Positions 42,605 to 51,987 of a stretch of 64,000 nucleotides of DNA are shown here, one piece after another. Origin of the DNA: Alphaproteobacteria bacterium (GTDB lineage: Bacteria > Pseudomonadota > Alphaproteobacteria > RF32 > CAG-239); contig JAFVWM010000043.1 in assembly GCA_017501665.1 (NCBI GenBank), forward strand, positions 24,541 to 88,540. The letters are read 5' to 3'. The position numbers and the translations under genes were made by a program. Position 1 is the stretch's first letter. Each line of letters starts with the position of its first letter. The notes beneath the pieces were generated by a model. It was given only the letters and a program-made list of their open reading frames with translations. It was not told where the DNA came from and did no database searches.

Positions 42605-44589
42605 ATGTCTAAATCATCGACGAACTTTGCACGTTCAATAATAAACTTGAATCTTAATTCCGGATTTTTACCCATAAGTCTTTCAACCTGTCGCCTTGTT
42701 TCAAAAGCTTCTTCCTTTCCTTCTTCGGTAGTAGTAGAAGGAATCATAACCTTAAGCAACATACGATTCTTTTTATCCATAGTTGTTTCTTTTAATTGAA
42801 CAGCACTCATTTCGCCCAAGCCTTTAAAACGACTGATGTCGGGTTTTTGGTTTCCTTTAACAACTTTTGTTAAGATTCTGTCTTTATCTTCATCATCCAG
42901 AGCATAATAGTTTTTTCCGCCCACGGCAATTTTATAAAGTGGCGGTGTAGCAATAAACAAATGTCCGTTAGCAATAAGCTGGGGCATATGTTGATAGAAG
43001 AAAGTCATCAGTAATGATGCAATATGGGCGCCATCAACGTCGGCATCTGTCATGATAATGATTTTTTCATAGCGCAAATTTTCTTCTTTATAGTTATCTT
43101 TAGTGCCACAACCCAAAGCCTCTATCATATCTTTAATTTCTTGGTTTTGAGTTATCTTTTCCAAAGAAGCGCTGGCAACATTTAAGATTTTTCCTCTCAA
43201 AGGCAAAATTGCTTGCGTAACTCTGTCGCGACCTTGCTTTGCAGAGCCGCCGGCAGAGTCACCCTCGACAATAAACAATTCGGTATTTTCTGAAGATGCT
43301 TGAGAGCAATCAGCTAATTTACCCGGTAAACGAAGTCGTTTAGTTGGAGTTTTTCTAACCTTTTCTTTTTCTTCTTTCTTTTTCTTTCGTGCATCAGCAC
43401 GTTCAATTACATATTCCAACAAGGCGGCTGCATTTTCCAAATCGGAAGAAAGCCAATGATCAAAAGAATCTTTGACCGCCGATTCCACCAAACGAGTTGC
43501 TTTTGAAGAAGTAAGTTTATCCTTAGTTTGACCTTGGAATTGAGGGTCTCTGATAAACAAGGATAACATAATTGATGCATCGCTCAAAAAGTCTTCGGCC
43601 GTAATTGAAGAAGCTTTTTTATTGTTGGTCATTTCGCCATATTCTTTAAGACCTTTGAGAAGAGCAGATTTAAAACCTGTTTCATGTGTTCCGCCAAAAG
43701 GAGTAATAACAGTATTGCAATATGAATGGCAAAAACCGTTTTCATCTTCCGGCCAAGTAATGGCCCACTCGACTTTGCCTTCATCATTATCCAAATCGGC
43801 CTCACCGGCAAAGGGGCGACGATTGATGGTAGCTTTAGACCCGACTTGATAATTTAAGAAGTCTAATATTCCATTAGGAAAGCAAAGTTCTGTTTCGGTT
43901 GGTGTTGCTTCGCCTTCTCCGATAATCTCCGGAGCGCATTTCCAATTTATTTTAATTCCTTTGAACAAAAATGCCTTAGAGCGTGCCATACGAAAAATTC
44001 TGTTCGGTTGCAGATTTGAATTTACGCCGAAAATTTCCGGATCAGGCTTAAAAGTAATAGATGTTCCGCGTCTGTTTGGAGCATTGCCGACTAATTCTAA
44101 AGCTGTTTGCGGAATGCCTTTTGCATATTCTTGACGATATAACTTTTTATCTCTGGCTATTTCAACAATAAGTTTTTCTGAAAGAGCATTAACCACCGAC
44201 AAACCCACGCCGTGCAAACCACCCGATACTTTATATGCACCGCCACCGAATTTTCCGCCGGAGTGAAGCATTGTCAAAATAACTTCTAAGGCTGATTTGT
44301 TTGGATATTTTGGGTGAGGGTCAACAGGAATTCCGCGCCCGTTATCAATAATGCTGACCGAATAATCCGCATTCATTATCACGTCAATATGGTTTGCATA
44401 TCCGGCAACAGCCTCATCCATTGAGTTATCCAAAATTTCGGCAACCAAGTGGTGTAAAGCCGTTTCGTCAGTACCTCCGATATACATACCCGGACGATGT
44501 CTTACCGGCTCCAAACCTTCCAAAACCTCGATTGATTGAGCGCTATATTCTTGCGAAACTTTTTCTTCTTTTGCAAACAAATCAGACAT
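42601..44589 (-). CDS. parE: DNA topoisomerase IV subunit B
   Basis: GyrB/ParE ATPase and Toprim motifs ([19 protein letters not shown]). 662 aa and no GyrB insert, which makes it ParE rather than a second gyrB. Confidence 0.9.
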   Translation of the reverse strand: MSDLFAKEEKVSQEYSAQSIEVLEGLEPVRHRPGMYIGGTDETALHHLVAEILDNSMDEAVAGYANHIDVIMNADYSVSIIDNGRGIPVDPHPKYPNKSALEVILTMLHSGGKFGGGAYKVSGGLHGVGLSVVNALSEKLIVEIARDKKLYRQEYAKGIPQTALELVGNAPNRRGTSITFKPDPEIFGVNSNLQPNRIFRMARSKAFLFKGIKINWKCAPEIIGEGEATPTETELCFPNGILDFLNYQVGSKATINRRPFAGEADLDNDEGKVEWAITWPEDENGFCHSYCNTVITPFGGTHETGFKSALLKGLKEYGEMTNNKKASSITAEDFLSDASIMLSLFIRDPQFQGQTKDKLTSSKATRLVESAVKDSFDHWLSSDLENAAALLEYVIERADARKKKKEEKEKVRKTPTKRLRLPGKLADCSQASSENTELFIVEGDSAGGSAKQGRDRVTQAILPLRGKILNVASASLEKITQNQEIKDMIEALGCGTKDNYKEENLRYEKIIIMTDADVDGAHIASLLMTFFYQHMPQLIANGHLFIATPPLYKIAVGGKNYYALDDEDKDRILTKVVKGNQKPDISRFKGLGEMSAVQLKETTMDKKNRMLLKVMIPSTTTEEGKEEAFETRRQVERLMGKNPELRFKFIIERAKFVDDLDI

Positions 44590-44874
44590 TTTTATTCTCT
44601 AAACCTTCTAATGCTATATATTTCAAGGCTCAAGATAAAACAAAAGCCGAAATTAAACAAGAGCAAATTTTCACAATTTAACAGTCTTTTTTTGTTAAAA
44701 AACTCTTGCATTTTTAATATTTTATGTATAAAAAGAGTCCCGAAACCGTCAATGGTGGCGGTTTTTTAATTTCACACGCAGATTTGGTCGGGATTTATAT
44801 CTCGCTCCGGTGCTTGAAATTCAAGTTCTCTTAAAATCTGCGGAGGTTTAACCGGAAAAGAAGGATTATAAAAT

Positions 44875-45675
44875 ATGACACTTCCTACATTTACAATGCG
44901 CCAAATGATTGAAGCTGGTGTTCACTTTGGTCACCATGCTCGTCGTTGGAATCCGAAAATGGCACCGTACATTTTCGGCAAAAAAGACAATGTTCACATT
45001 ATTGATTTACAAAAAACTTACCCTATGCTTTATACAGCAATGGCTACAACTAAAGAAATTGCTGCTCAAGGCGGAAAAGTTTTGTTTGTTGCTACAAAGC
45101 GCCAAGCACAAGAAATCATTAAAGAAAATGCTGAACGTTGCGGTCAATACTATGTTAACCAACGTTGGTTAGGTGGTATGTTAACTAACTGGAAAACAGT
45201 TCACAAATCAATTACTCGATTGGTAAAGTTGAACGAAATGTTCGAAAAAGGCGATTTGTCCGGCTATACCAAAAAAGAATTGCAAGGTATGAAAAAAGAG
45301 CAAGAAAAACTCCAACTCGAATTGGGTGGTATTATGAATATGGGCGGTCAACCTGACTTAGTATTCGTAATTGACACTTGCAAAGAGGCTTTAGCTATTA
45401 AAGAAGCTAAAAAACTCGGCATACCTGTAATCGGTATTTGTGATACAAACGCAGATCCCGAATGTGTTGATTTGCCTGTTCCGGGTAACGATGATGCTAT
45501 CCGTGCAATCCAATTCTATTCAGAAATGATTTCATCTTCTGTACTGGACGGAATGCAAGCTTTGATCGCTGCTAAAGGCGTTAAAGTAGAAGAAATGGTT
45601 GAAGAAAAAGCCGAAGCTCCTAAAGTTGCTAAAAAAAGAACATCTAAAAAAGCAGCTGAAAAGACTGAAGAATAA
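44875..45675 (+). CDS. rpsB: 30S ribosomal protein S2
   Basis: MLEAGVHFGH-type N-terminus (MIEAGVHFGHHARRWNPKM). Confidence 0.95.
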   Translation: MTLPTFTMRQMIEAGVHFGHHARRWNPKMAPYIFGKKDNVHIIDLQKTYPMLYTAMATTKEIAAQGGKVLFVATKRQAQEIIKENAERCGQYYVNQRWLGGMLTNWKTVHKSITRLVKLNEMFEKGDLSGYTKKELQGMKKEQEKLQLELGGIMNMGGQPDLVFVIDTCKEALAIKEAKKLGIPVIGICDTNADPECVDLPVPGNDDAIRAIQFYSEMISSSVLDGMQALIAAKGVKVEEMVEEKAEAPKVAKKRTSKKAAEKTEE

Positions 45676-45752
45676 TTCAACTTAAAAATATTATCAAAAA
45701 GGGTGGTGTTTTTACACCACCCGCCAATTAAAAAAATCAGAGGGTTTATAAA

Positions 45753-46679
45753 ATGACAGAGATTACTGCCGCAAAAGTAAAAGAGCTTAGAGAATCTACC
45801 GGTGCCGGTATGCTTGATTGTAAAAAAGCATTGGTTGAAACCAACGGAAATATGGAAGAAGCTGTAGATTGGTTGCGTAAAAAAGGTTTGGCTTCTGCCG
45901 CCAAAAAAGCAAGTCGTATTGCTGCCGAAGGTTTGGTTTCAGTTTATGTTGAAGGAAACAAAGGCGCAATTGCCGAAGTTAACTCCGAAACAGACTTCGT
46001 TGCTAAAAACGATTTGTTCAAAGAGTATGTTGCCGATGCTGCCAAAGTTGCTTTGGCCTCAGCCGGTGAAGTTTGCGATATGAAAACATTTAATTGTCCT
46101 AAATGTGGCAAAACCTTTGAAGAACGCTTAACAGATTTGATTGCCAAGATTGGCGAGAATATGAATTTGCGTCGTGCAGCAATGCTTGAAGTAAACAATG
46201 GTGTTGTTGCTTCTTATTTGCACAGTTGCTGTGGCGATAATCTTGGTAAAATCGGTGTGTTGGTTGCTTTAGAATCAACAGCTGATAAAACAAAATTGGA
46301 AGAGTTGGGTAAGCATATTGCTATGCATATTGCCGCTTCTTCTCCGTTGTTCTTGGATATTGCTTCTGTTGATGCAACTGCCGTAGAACGTGAAAAAGCA
46401 ATCTTTACCGAACAAGCAAAAGCTTCGGGCAAACCTGAAAACATTATTGAAAAAATGGTTGAAGGTCGTGTTCGTAAATATTACGACGAAGTCGTTTTGG
46501 AAGAACAAGCCTATATTATGGATCCGGACAAAAAAGTTAAGCAAGTAATTGCTGATGCCGCAAAAGAACTCGGTGCCGACATTAAATTGGTTAACTATGT
46601 TCGTTTCAAATTGGGTGAAGGATTGCAAAAGAAAGAAGAAGATTTTGCTGCCGAAGTTGCTGCTCAATTAGGAAAATAA
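45753..46679 (+). CDS. tsf: Elongation factor Ts
   Basis: N-terminal UBA-like ITAAKVKELRESTGAGMLDCKKAL. Confidence 0.95.
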   Translation: MTEITAAKVKELRESTGAGMLDCKKALVETNGNMEEAVDWLRKKGLASAAKKASRIAAEGLVSVYVEGNKGAIAEVNSETDFVAKNDLFKEYVADAAKVALASAGEVCDMKTFNCPKCGKTFEERLTDLIAKIGENMNLRRAAMLEVNNGVVASYLHSCCGDNLGKIGVLVALESTADKTKLEELGKHIAMHIAASSPLFLDIASVDATAVEREKAIFTEQAKASGKPENIIEKMVEGRVRKYYDEVVLEEQAYIMDPDKKVKQVIADAAKELGADIKLVNYVRFKLGEGLQKKEEDFAAEVAAQLGK

Positions 46680-46696
46680 GCTTTTTAATACAAAAG

Positions 46697-46737
46697 CAAA
46701 ACCCCGACTTCAAATAAAGTCGGGGTTTTTTGTTTTT
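46697..46737. terminator. Bidirectional rho-independent terminator between tsf (+) and xth (-)
   Basis: aaaaccccgactt-caaataa-agtcggggtttttt. Confidence 0.85.
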
Positions 46738-47544
46738 TTATATTTTTATTTCTATCATAACCGGAACATGATCAGACGGACGTTCTTTTGAGCGAAATTC
46801 TTTTAATATTTGCGCGCTTAACACTCTGTTTTCCAGCGGTTTTGTAACCCAAATATGATCCAAACGACGACCTTTATCATTAGTTTGCCAATTGGGATTG
46901 CGATAGCTCCACCAAGAAAAAACTTTTTCCGGTTCTTTATAAAATTTACGTACCGCATCAACAAAATCTAATGAGTTAAATAATCTTGTCAGTCTGCCAA
47001 CTTCTATCGGTGTGTGTGAAACAATTTTTAAAAGTTGCTTATGATTCCATACGTCATTTTCGCTTGGAGCAACATTAAAATCACCGCAAAACAGGATTTT
47101 TTTATTTTTCTGCTCATCTTTTTTGTTTTCTAAATATTCAGATATATCGTCCATAAAACAAAGTTTATGTGCAAAAGACAGGTTTTCTATCGGATCGGGA
47201 ATATCTCCGCCGGCCGGAATGTAAATATTATTTATTTCAATATCGTCGAACAAAACACACTTGATATGGCGAGCATCTTTTTTACCAACCCAATTGAGTT
47301 CTTCAACAGCCTTAAAAGGATATTTTGATAGAATTGCCACTCCGTTATATCCGGCCATACCATATACACATATATGTTCAAAACCTAATTTTTTTATCTC
47401 GCCGAACGGAAAATCTTCTTTTTTTGCTTTAACTTCTTGTAAGCAAACCACGTCAGGATTCTTTTCTTCGACCAATTTTTTTAACAAATCCAGTCTGATG
47501 CGAATAGAATTAACATTCCAAGTAACAAGAGAAAATGAGTCCAT
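46738..47544 (-). CDS. xth: Exodeoxyribonuclease III
   Basis: LVTWNVNSIR N-terminus. EEP-family motifs. C-terminal SDHVPV. Confidence 0.9.
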   Translation of the reverse strand: MDSFSLVTWNVNSIRIRLDLLKKLVEEKNPDVVCLQEVKAKKEDFPFGEIKKLGFEHICVYGMAGYNGVAILSKYPFKAVEELNWVGKKDARHIKCVLFDDIEINNIYIPAGGDIPDPIENLSFAHKLCFMDDISEYLENKKDEQKNKKILFCGDFNVAPSENDVWNHKQLLKIVSHTPIEVGRLTRLFNSLDFVDAVRKFYKEPEKVFSWWSYRNPNWQTNDKGRRLDHIWVTKPLENRVLSAQILKEFRSKERPSDHVPVMIEIKI

Positions 47545-47546
47545 TT

Positions 47547-48158
47547 TTATTTTTTCTTTTTAAAATTACGAGAGCTTGTTTTTTTATTTTTGAATTTGAA
47601 TACTTCATCATCTATATCAAGGTCTTTTTTTGCATCATAAAGCGAAACACTGACCTCGACACTTTGCGGATCGACAATTTTCCACTGTTTTAGTTCCATA
47701 GGGTTATTTGAAAAAACCAAGGTAATAGGTCCGATATCGCCTTTTTCAGAATAATCTAAGGTAATAGATGTTGATCCGCTGTCTTGATAAAAATCGATAA
47801 TTTTTATTTTTTCACCATCTATCTTAATTTTGTCAGATAAAATCATCGAGGCAGGAATATCGTCATAATCAATGTGTGTAACTTGGTCTAAATCCAAATC
47901 ATTATAAACAATATTATCACCATTACCGACAATCAAAACATTTGTAGGTTCAGCATATTCCATTCTGATCTTATTCGGTTTTTTGATAAAAAGACGACCT
48001 TCTGCAGTAGCACCGTTTGAAGCCATTTGTACAAACGTTGCTTCAATACTTTTCATGGAATTAAGATACGTTTCAATTTTTTGTAAATTTTCAGCAGACT
48101 GAGCTCTTGTTTCAAAAGAAAAAAGCAATCCGCAAAGCAAACAAATTGTTTTTCTCAT
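47547..48158 (-). CDS. lolA: Outer-membrane lipoprotein carrier protein LolA
   Basis: Signal peptide. FxQ motif (ATFVQ). About 200 aa. Confidence 0.7.
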   Translation of the reverse strand: MRKTICLLCGLLFSFETRAQSAENLQKIETYLNSMKSIEATFVQMASNGATAEGRLFIKKPNKIRMEYAEPTNVLIVGNGDNIVYNDLDLDQVTHIDYDDIPASMILSDKIKIDGEKIKIIDFYQDSGSTSITLDYSEKGDIGPITLVFSNNPMELKQWKIVDPQSVEVSVSLYDAKKDLDIDDEVFKFKNKKTSSRNFKKKK

Positions 48159-48295
48159 TTATTATTCTCTCTATATAATCCTAATCATAAAAGTTATATT
48201 AAATATAATAATCGTAATTATAAATGTCTATACAAACCTACCCCCTGTCAACACCAAAATATTGACAGAGGGCAGAATGTATATGGTTAAATCAG

Positions 48296-48460
48296 TTAAT
48301 AACCGCCACAACCGCAACCTTTAGATGTTGATTCGGTAGATTCCGAATTTTTGGAAGAATTGTTTGCATCTTTTTCAGCTGAAGCAGACATAGATTTTGC
48401 TTGTTTTGAAGAAGCAGATTTCATAGAAGAAGACGAAGAATCTCTCATATCTTTACACAT
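48296..48460 (-). CDS. Unannotated small ORF encoding a 54-aa Ser-rich hydrophilic peptide that ends in KGCGCGGY
   Basis: Absent from the six-frame ORF track. ATG with an aggagt RBS 8 nt upstream. Imperfect hairpin downstream at 48238-48273. Sequence MCKDMRDSSSSSMKSASSKQAKSMSASAEKDANNSSKNSESTESTSKGCGCGGY. Confidence 0.45.
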   Translation of the reverse strand: MCKDMRDSSSSSMKSASSKQAKSMSASAEKDANNSSKNSESTESTSKGCGCGGY

Positions 48461-48552
48461 AATATATTACTCCTGTTAAAAGTTAAACAATTGCTTTCAA
48501 AAGCAATAAAGAAGTAAGATTTAATGTAAAATAAACAACCTATTCTTTAAGC

Positions 48553-49473
48553 CTACATATTACGCGGTTTGAATATACCGTCTTCAAAACCTTGTATTTG
48601 AGAGTTTTCTTCAGCCATTTCTAACCGCGTTAAAGCAAGAGCGACATATTCTTTTTCTTTTTCGATACCGATAAATTTGCGATTAAGTTTTTTTGCAACT
48701 ACTGCGGTGGTTCCCGAACCTAAAAACGGATCAAAAATCACATCGCCTTCATCAGAAGATGCCAAAACGAGCTTAGCAATAAGTTTTTCCGGTTTTTGAG
48801 TGGGATGATCGGTATTCTCACGCATAGACCAAAAAGGAACGGATATATCTGTCCAGACATTTGACGGATGAGTTAAACGCAGTTTTTTATTGCCTTTTTC
48901 AAACCAGTCTTTCGGAACACCGTCGTCGTTGCGATAAGGAGCGATAACCTCGCGCAAAACTTTAACTCTGTCCAAATAAAATTTATAATTTTTGCTTTTG
49001 GTAAAAAACCAAATATCTTCCAAACAATTTTTCCAATTATTTAGAGCTCCGCGACCTTTTTCTCTTTCCCATGATATACGATTTTGCAAAACAAAATACT
49101 TGCCGGCAATATAAGGAATGGCAATAGATGTTTTCCAATCAGCACATATATAGACCGAGGCATTATCTTTTAACAATCTGACGGTTTTTTTAAGCCATTT
49201 ATCCAGCCACTTTGCATAATCGTCATTATTCATTTCATGAAAAGTTGATTTTCCGAAGTTTTTGGTAAGGTTATAAGGGGGATCAACAATCATCAAATCA
49301 ACACAGTTATCCGGAAGTTTGTCCATCGCATTAAGAGAATCTTGCCAAATAACTTTGTTTACAACATCTTCAAAACAGGCATTTTTTGTCAGTTTCACGG
49401 CGCAAGAAACAAGACTGGAAACTTGTTTTTTTTCCAGTCTTATAGTTTTGTTTCGAGATGTTTTTTGAAGCAA
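48553..49473 (-). CDS. ccrM: Orphan adenine-specific (beta-class, DPPY) DNA methyltransferase, CcrM-like
   Basis: Motif IV VDLMIVDPPYNL, N-terminal in the sequence before the SAM motif FDPFLGSGTT (beta-class order). No adjacent restriction endonuclease. Confidence 0.75.
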   Translation of the reverse strand: MLQKTSRNKTIRLEKKQVSSLVSCAVKLTKNACFEDVVNKVIWQDSLNAMDKLPDNCVDLMIVDPPYNLTKNFGKSTFHEMNNDDYAKWLDKWLKKTVRLLKDNASVYICADWKTSIAIPYIAGKYFVLQNRISWEREKGRGALNNWKNCLEDIWFFTKSKNYKFYLDRVKVLREVIAPYRNDDGVPKDWFEKGNKKLRLTHPSNVWTDISVPFWSMRENTDHPTQKPEKLIAKLVLASSDEGDVIFDPFLGSGTTAVVAKKLNRKFIGIEKEKEYVALALTRLEMAEENSQIQGFEDGIFKPRNM

Positions 49474-49749
49474 CTATTCTTCTCCGAACTTGTTATCTAT
49501 AAGTTTTTCCAATGCTTCTAAAGCCTCTTTTGCCTGATTCCCTGAAGCAGAAACTTTGATTGTGGTTCCTTTTGAAGCAGCCAACATCATCAGCCCCATA
49601 ATTGAGCAACCGTTAACACATTGACCAATACGTTCTACCTCTATTTGAGCATCATAAGGCTCCAAAGTTTTTACAAAGGCAGCTGCCGCACGAGCATGAA
49701 GACCTTTAATATTTTTTATTTCCAAATCTTTTGTCAGTTTATCGGACAT
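49474..49749 (-). CDS. ptsH: HPr-family phosphocarrier protein (NPr/PtsH)
   Basis: Active-site His in KGLHARAAA. Ser region GCSIMG. 91 aa. Confidence 0.85.
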   Translation of the reverse strand: MSDKLTKDLEIKNIKGLHARAAAAFVKTLEPYDAQIEVERIGQCVNGCSIMGLMMLAASKGTTIKVSASGNQAKEALEALEKLIDNKFGEE

Positions 49750-49751
49750 TG

Positions 49752-50150
49752 TCAGTTTCCCAATAGTTGTGAAGCGATATTAATATATTTTTTGCCGGCA
49801 TCTTGAGCGCCTTCAACAGTATCTTTCATATTTTTTTCTTTGCGTAAAGAAGCGATTTTAATGAGCATAGGCAAATTAATACCGGCCAAGATTTCAACAT
49901 TGGCTCTGTCCATCATCGACAAAGCAAGGTTTGAAGGGGTCCCACCGAACATATCGGTAAGCAAAACAACGCCTTCACCGGTGTTAACGTTATTAACTTT
50001 CTCCAAAATCTCGTTACGACGCATTTCCATATCATCTTCCGGACCGATACATACACCGGCAACTTGTTCTTGCGGGCCGACAACATGTTGCATGGCCGAG
50101 ATAAACTCATTTGCCAAATTTCCATGTGTAACTAATACCAAACCTATCAT
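49752..50150 (-). CDS. PTS EIIA component, mannose family (ManX-like)
   Basis: GLVLVTHG with the phospho-His. About 132 aa. Confidence 0.8.
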   Translation of the reverse strand: MIGLVLVTHGNLANEFISAMQHVVGPQEQVAGVCIGPEDDMEMRRNEILEKVNNVNTGEGVVLLTDMFGGTPSNLALSMMDRANVEILAGINLPMLIKIASLRKEKNMKDTVEGAQDAGKKYINIASQLLGN

Positions 50151-50235
50151 ATTAAATCCTTAAATAAGTGTTGTTCAAAATCTTTTTCTATGGTACTATG
50201 CTATCATTAAACTGTCAATTTAAGGTTAATAAATT

Positions 50236-51987
50236 ATGCAAAAAAAACCACTCGGCTTTATTTACTATTATATCAAAGATTTTAAATACACTCTTTTATT
50301 CATAGTTCTTTTAATCGTTATAGCCCGAAGCCTCACGCAGATCGGCTTTTATCTTTCGGCCAAATTGTTCAGTTGGGCCGGAACGGAATTTCAAAATCCT
50401 GACTATTGGCAAGTAATGATAATGCTGTTAAGCGGTTTTGTTGCCTTAGATTTAATCGGGCATCTTTTTCAGACATGGTCGTTGTATATATCCGGAAAAG
50501 TAATACCTCACATCAGATCGTTGGTTATAAAAGACACTTTTGATTATGTTAACAAACAATCTATTTCTTATTTTGCTAACGAAATGACGGGTAATATTTC
50601 AAACAAATTTAATCAGCTTCAAAATAGTGTTGCCGAATTTTTTATGCATGCAAGCAACATTCTTTTTGATCTGTGTTATCTTTTGGTTAACATCGCTATT
50701 TTATTTTATGTCAATTGGATTTTAGGTGTGGCGGTTATATTATGGACAGTACTGATAGTGTATTGTGGTAAATATTTTGGTCTAAAACGGGCAGAGCTTT
50801 CTCGCAAAACATCTTCGGAACAAAGTTTATCAAATGCCCGAATAGTCGATTCCATAGCTAATTATTCCGAAATAAAAAGTTTTGCTAATTTTAAGTACGA
50901 AAGAATAAATTTATTAAAAGTTTTACGCAAATGGCGTCACGCCGAAACCTATGAACAAAAACAGCGCAATATGATAATGATGTCATTGGGTTTGATATCG
51001 GTATTTTCCGGTGCGTTTTTTAGTTTTTTTGCATTAGTGCTTTTTTATAACAAACAGCTTGATTTAACCGGATTTATTTTTGTTTTGACCATAATAACCC
51101 GTTTTAGCGGGCTTGCATTTGGTGTAAACTGGGCGGTAAATAATCTTTCTCGTGTTTTTGGTGTTATTAAATCGGCTTTAGAAACCTTGGCGGTCGAACC
51201 TGAAATTACCGATTCTGCAAATGCCAAAGAACTACACGCAAAAAAGGCAGAAATAACATTTGAAAACGTTGTGTTTGCTTATCAAAACGGTAATATTATT
51301 TTTTCCGACTTTAATCTTAAAATAAAAGCAGGAGAAAAGGTAGGCATTGTCGGTTCGTCAGGCGCCGGAAAATCAACATTAATAAAATTGATTGCTCGTT
51401 ATTTTGATACAACTTCAGGCTGTGTTAAAATAAACGGCGTTAACATTAAAGACATTACACAAGATTCTCTGCACAAGCATATATCAACGATTCCACAAGA
51501 TGTTTCTTTGTTTAACAGAACATTGGAGGAAAATATTCGCTATGGTAAAACAACCGCAACGACAGAAGAGGTAAAAAAGGCAGCCAAACAAGCCTCCGCC
51601 GATAAATTTATCGAAAAACTTGCCAACGGTTATGAAACTAAGGTGGGCGACAGAGGTGTTATCTTATCAGGAGGCGAACGCCAAAGAATTGCAATAGCTC
51701 GAGCCATATTAAAGAACTCACCTGTTTTAATATTTGATGAAGCCACATCCTCACTCGATTCCGAAAGCGAAAAATATATTCAAGAATCAATGAAAACACT
51801 AATGAAAAACAAAACAGTCATAGCCGTTGCGCATCGTTTATCAACCTTACGTGAAATGGACAGAATAATAGTTCTGGAAAATGGTAAAATAATAGAAGAG
51901 GGAACTCATACCGGATTATTGCGCAAAAAAGGACGTTATGCAAAATTGTTTAAGATGCAGTCTGATGGTTATATTCAAACCAACTAA
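50236..51987 (+). CDS. ABC exporter, fused transmembrane/ATPase (MsbA-like)
   Basis: Six-TM N-terminal domain. Walker A GSSGAGKST. LSGGERQR. Walker B IFDEATS. Confidence 0.85.
   Translation: MQKKPLGFIYYYIKDFKYTLLFIVLLIVIARSLTQIGFYLSAKLFSWAGTEFQNPDYWQVMIMLLSGFVALDLIGHLFQTWSLYISGKVIPHIRSLVIKDTFDYVNKQSISYFANEMTGNISNKFNQLQNSVAEFFMHASNILFDLCYLLVNIAILFYVNWILGVAVILWTVLIVYCGKYFGLKRAELSRKTSSEQSLSNARIVDSIANYSEIKSFANFKYERINLLKVLRKWRHAETYEQKQRNMIMMSLGLISVFSGAFFSFFALVLFYNKQLDLTGFIFVLTIITRFSGLAFGVNWAVNNLSRVFGVIKSALETLAVEPEITDSANAKELHAKKAEITFENVVFAYQNGNIIFSDFNLKIKAGEKVGIVGSSGAGKSTLIKLIARYFDTTSGCVKINGVNIKDITQDSLHKHISTIPQDVSLFNRTLEENIRYGKTTATTEEVKKAAKQASADKFIEKLANGYETKVGDRGVILSGGERQRIAIARAILKNSPVLIFDEATSSLDSESEKYIQESMKTLMKNKTVIAVAHRLSTLREMDRIIVLENGKIIEEGTHTGLLRKKGRYAKLFKMQSDGYIQTN

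Noticed and set aside
45676-45752. GGGTGGTG...CACCACCC hairpin between rpsB and tsf
   Set aside because: It is not followed by a U-tract. It is probably an intra-operon stem or attenuator rather than a terminator, and there is too little evidence to call it.
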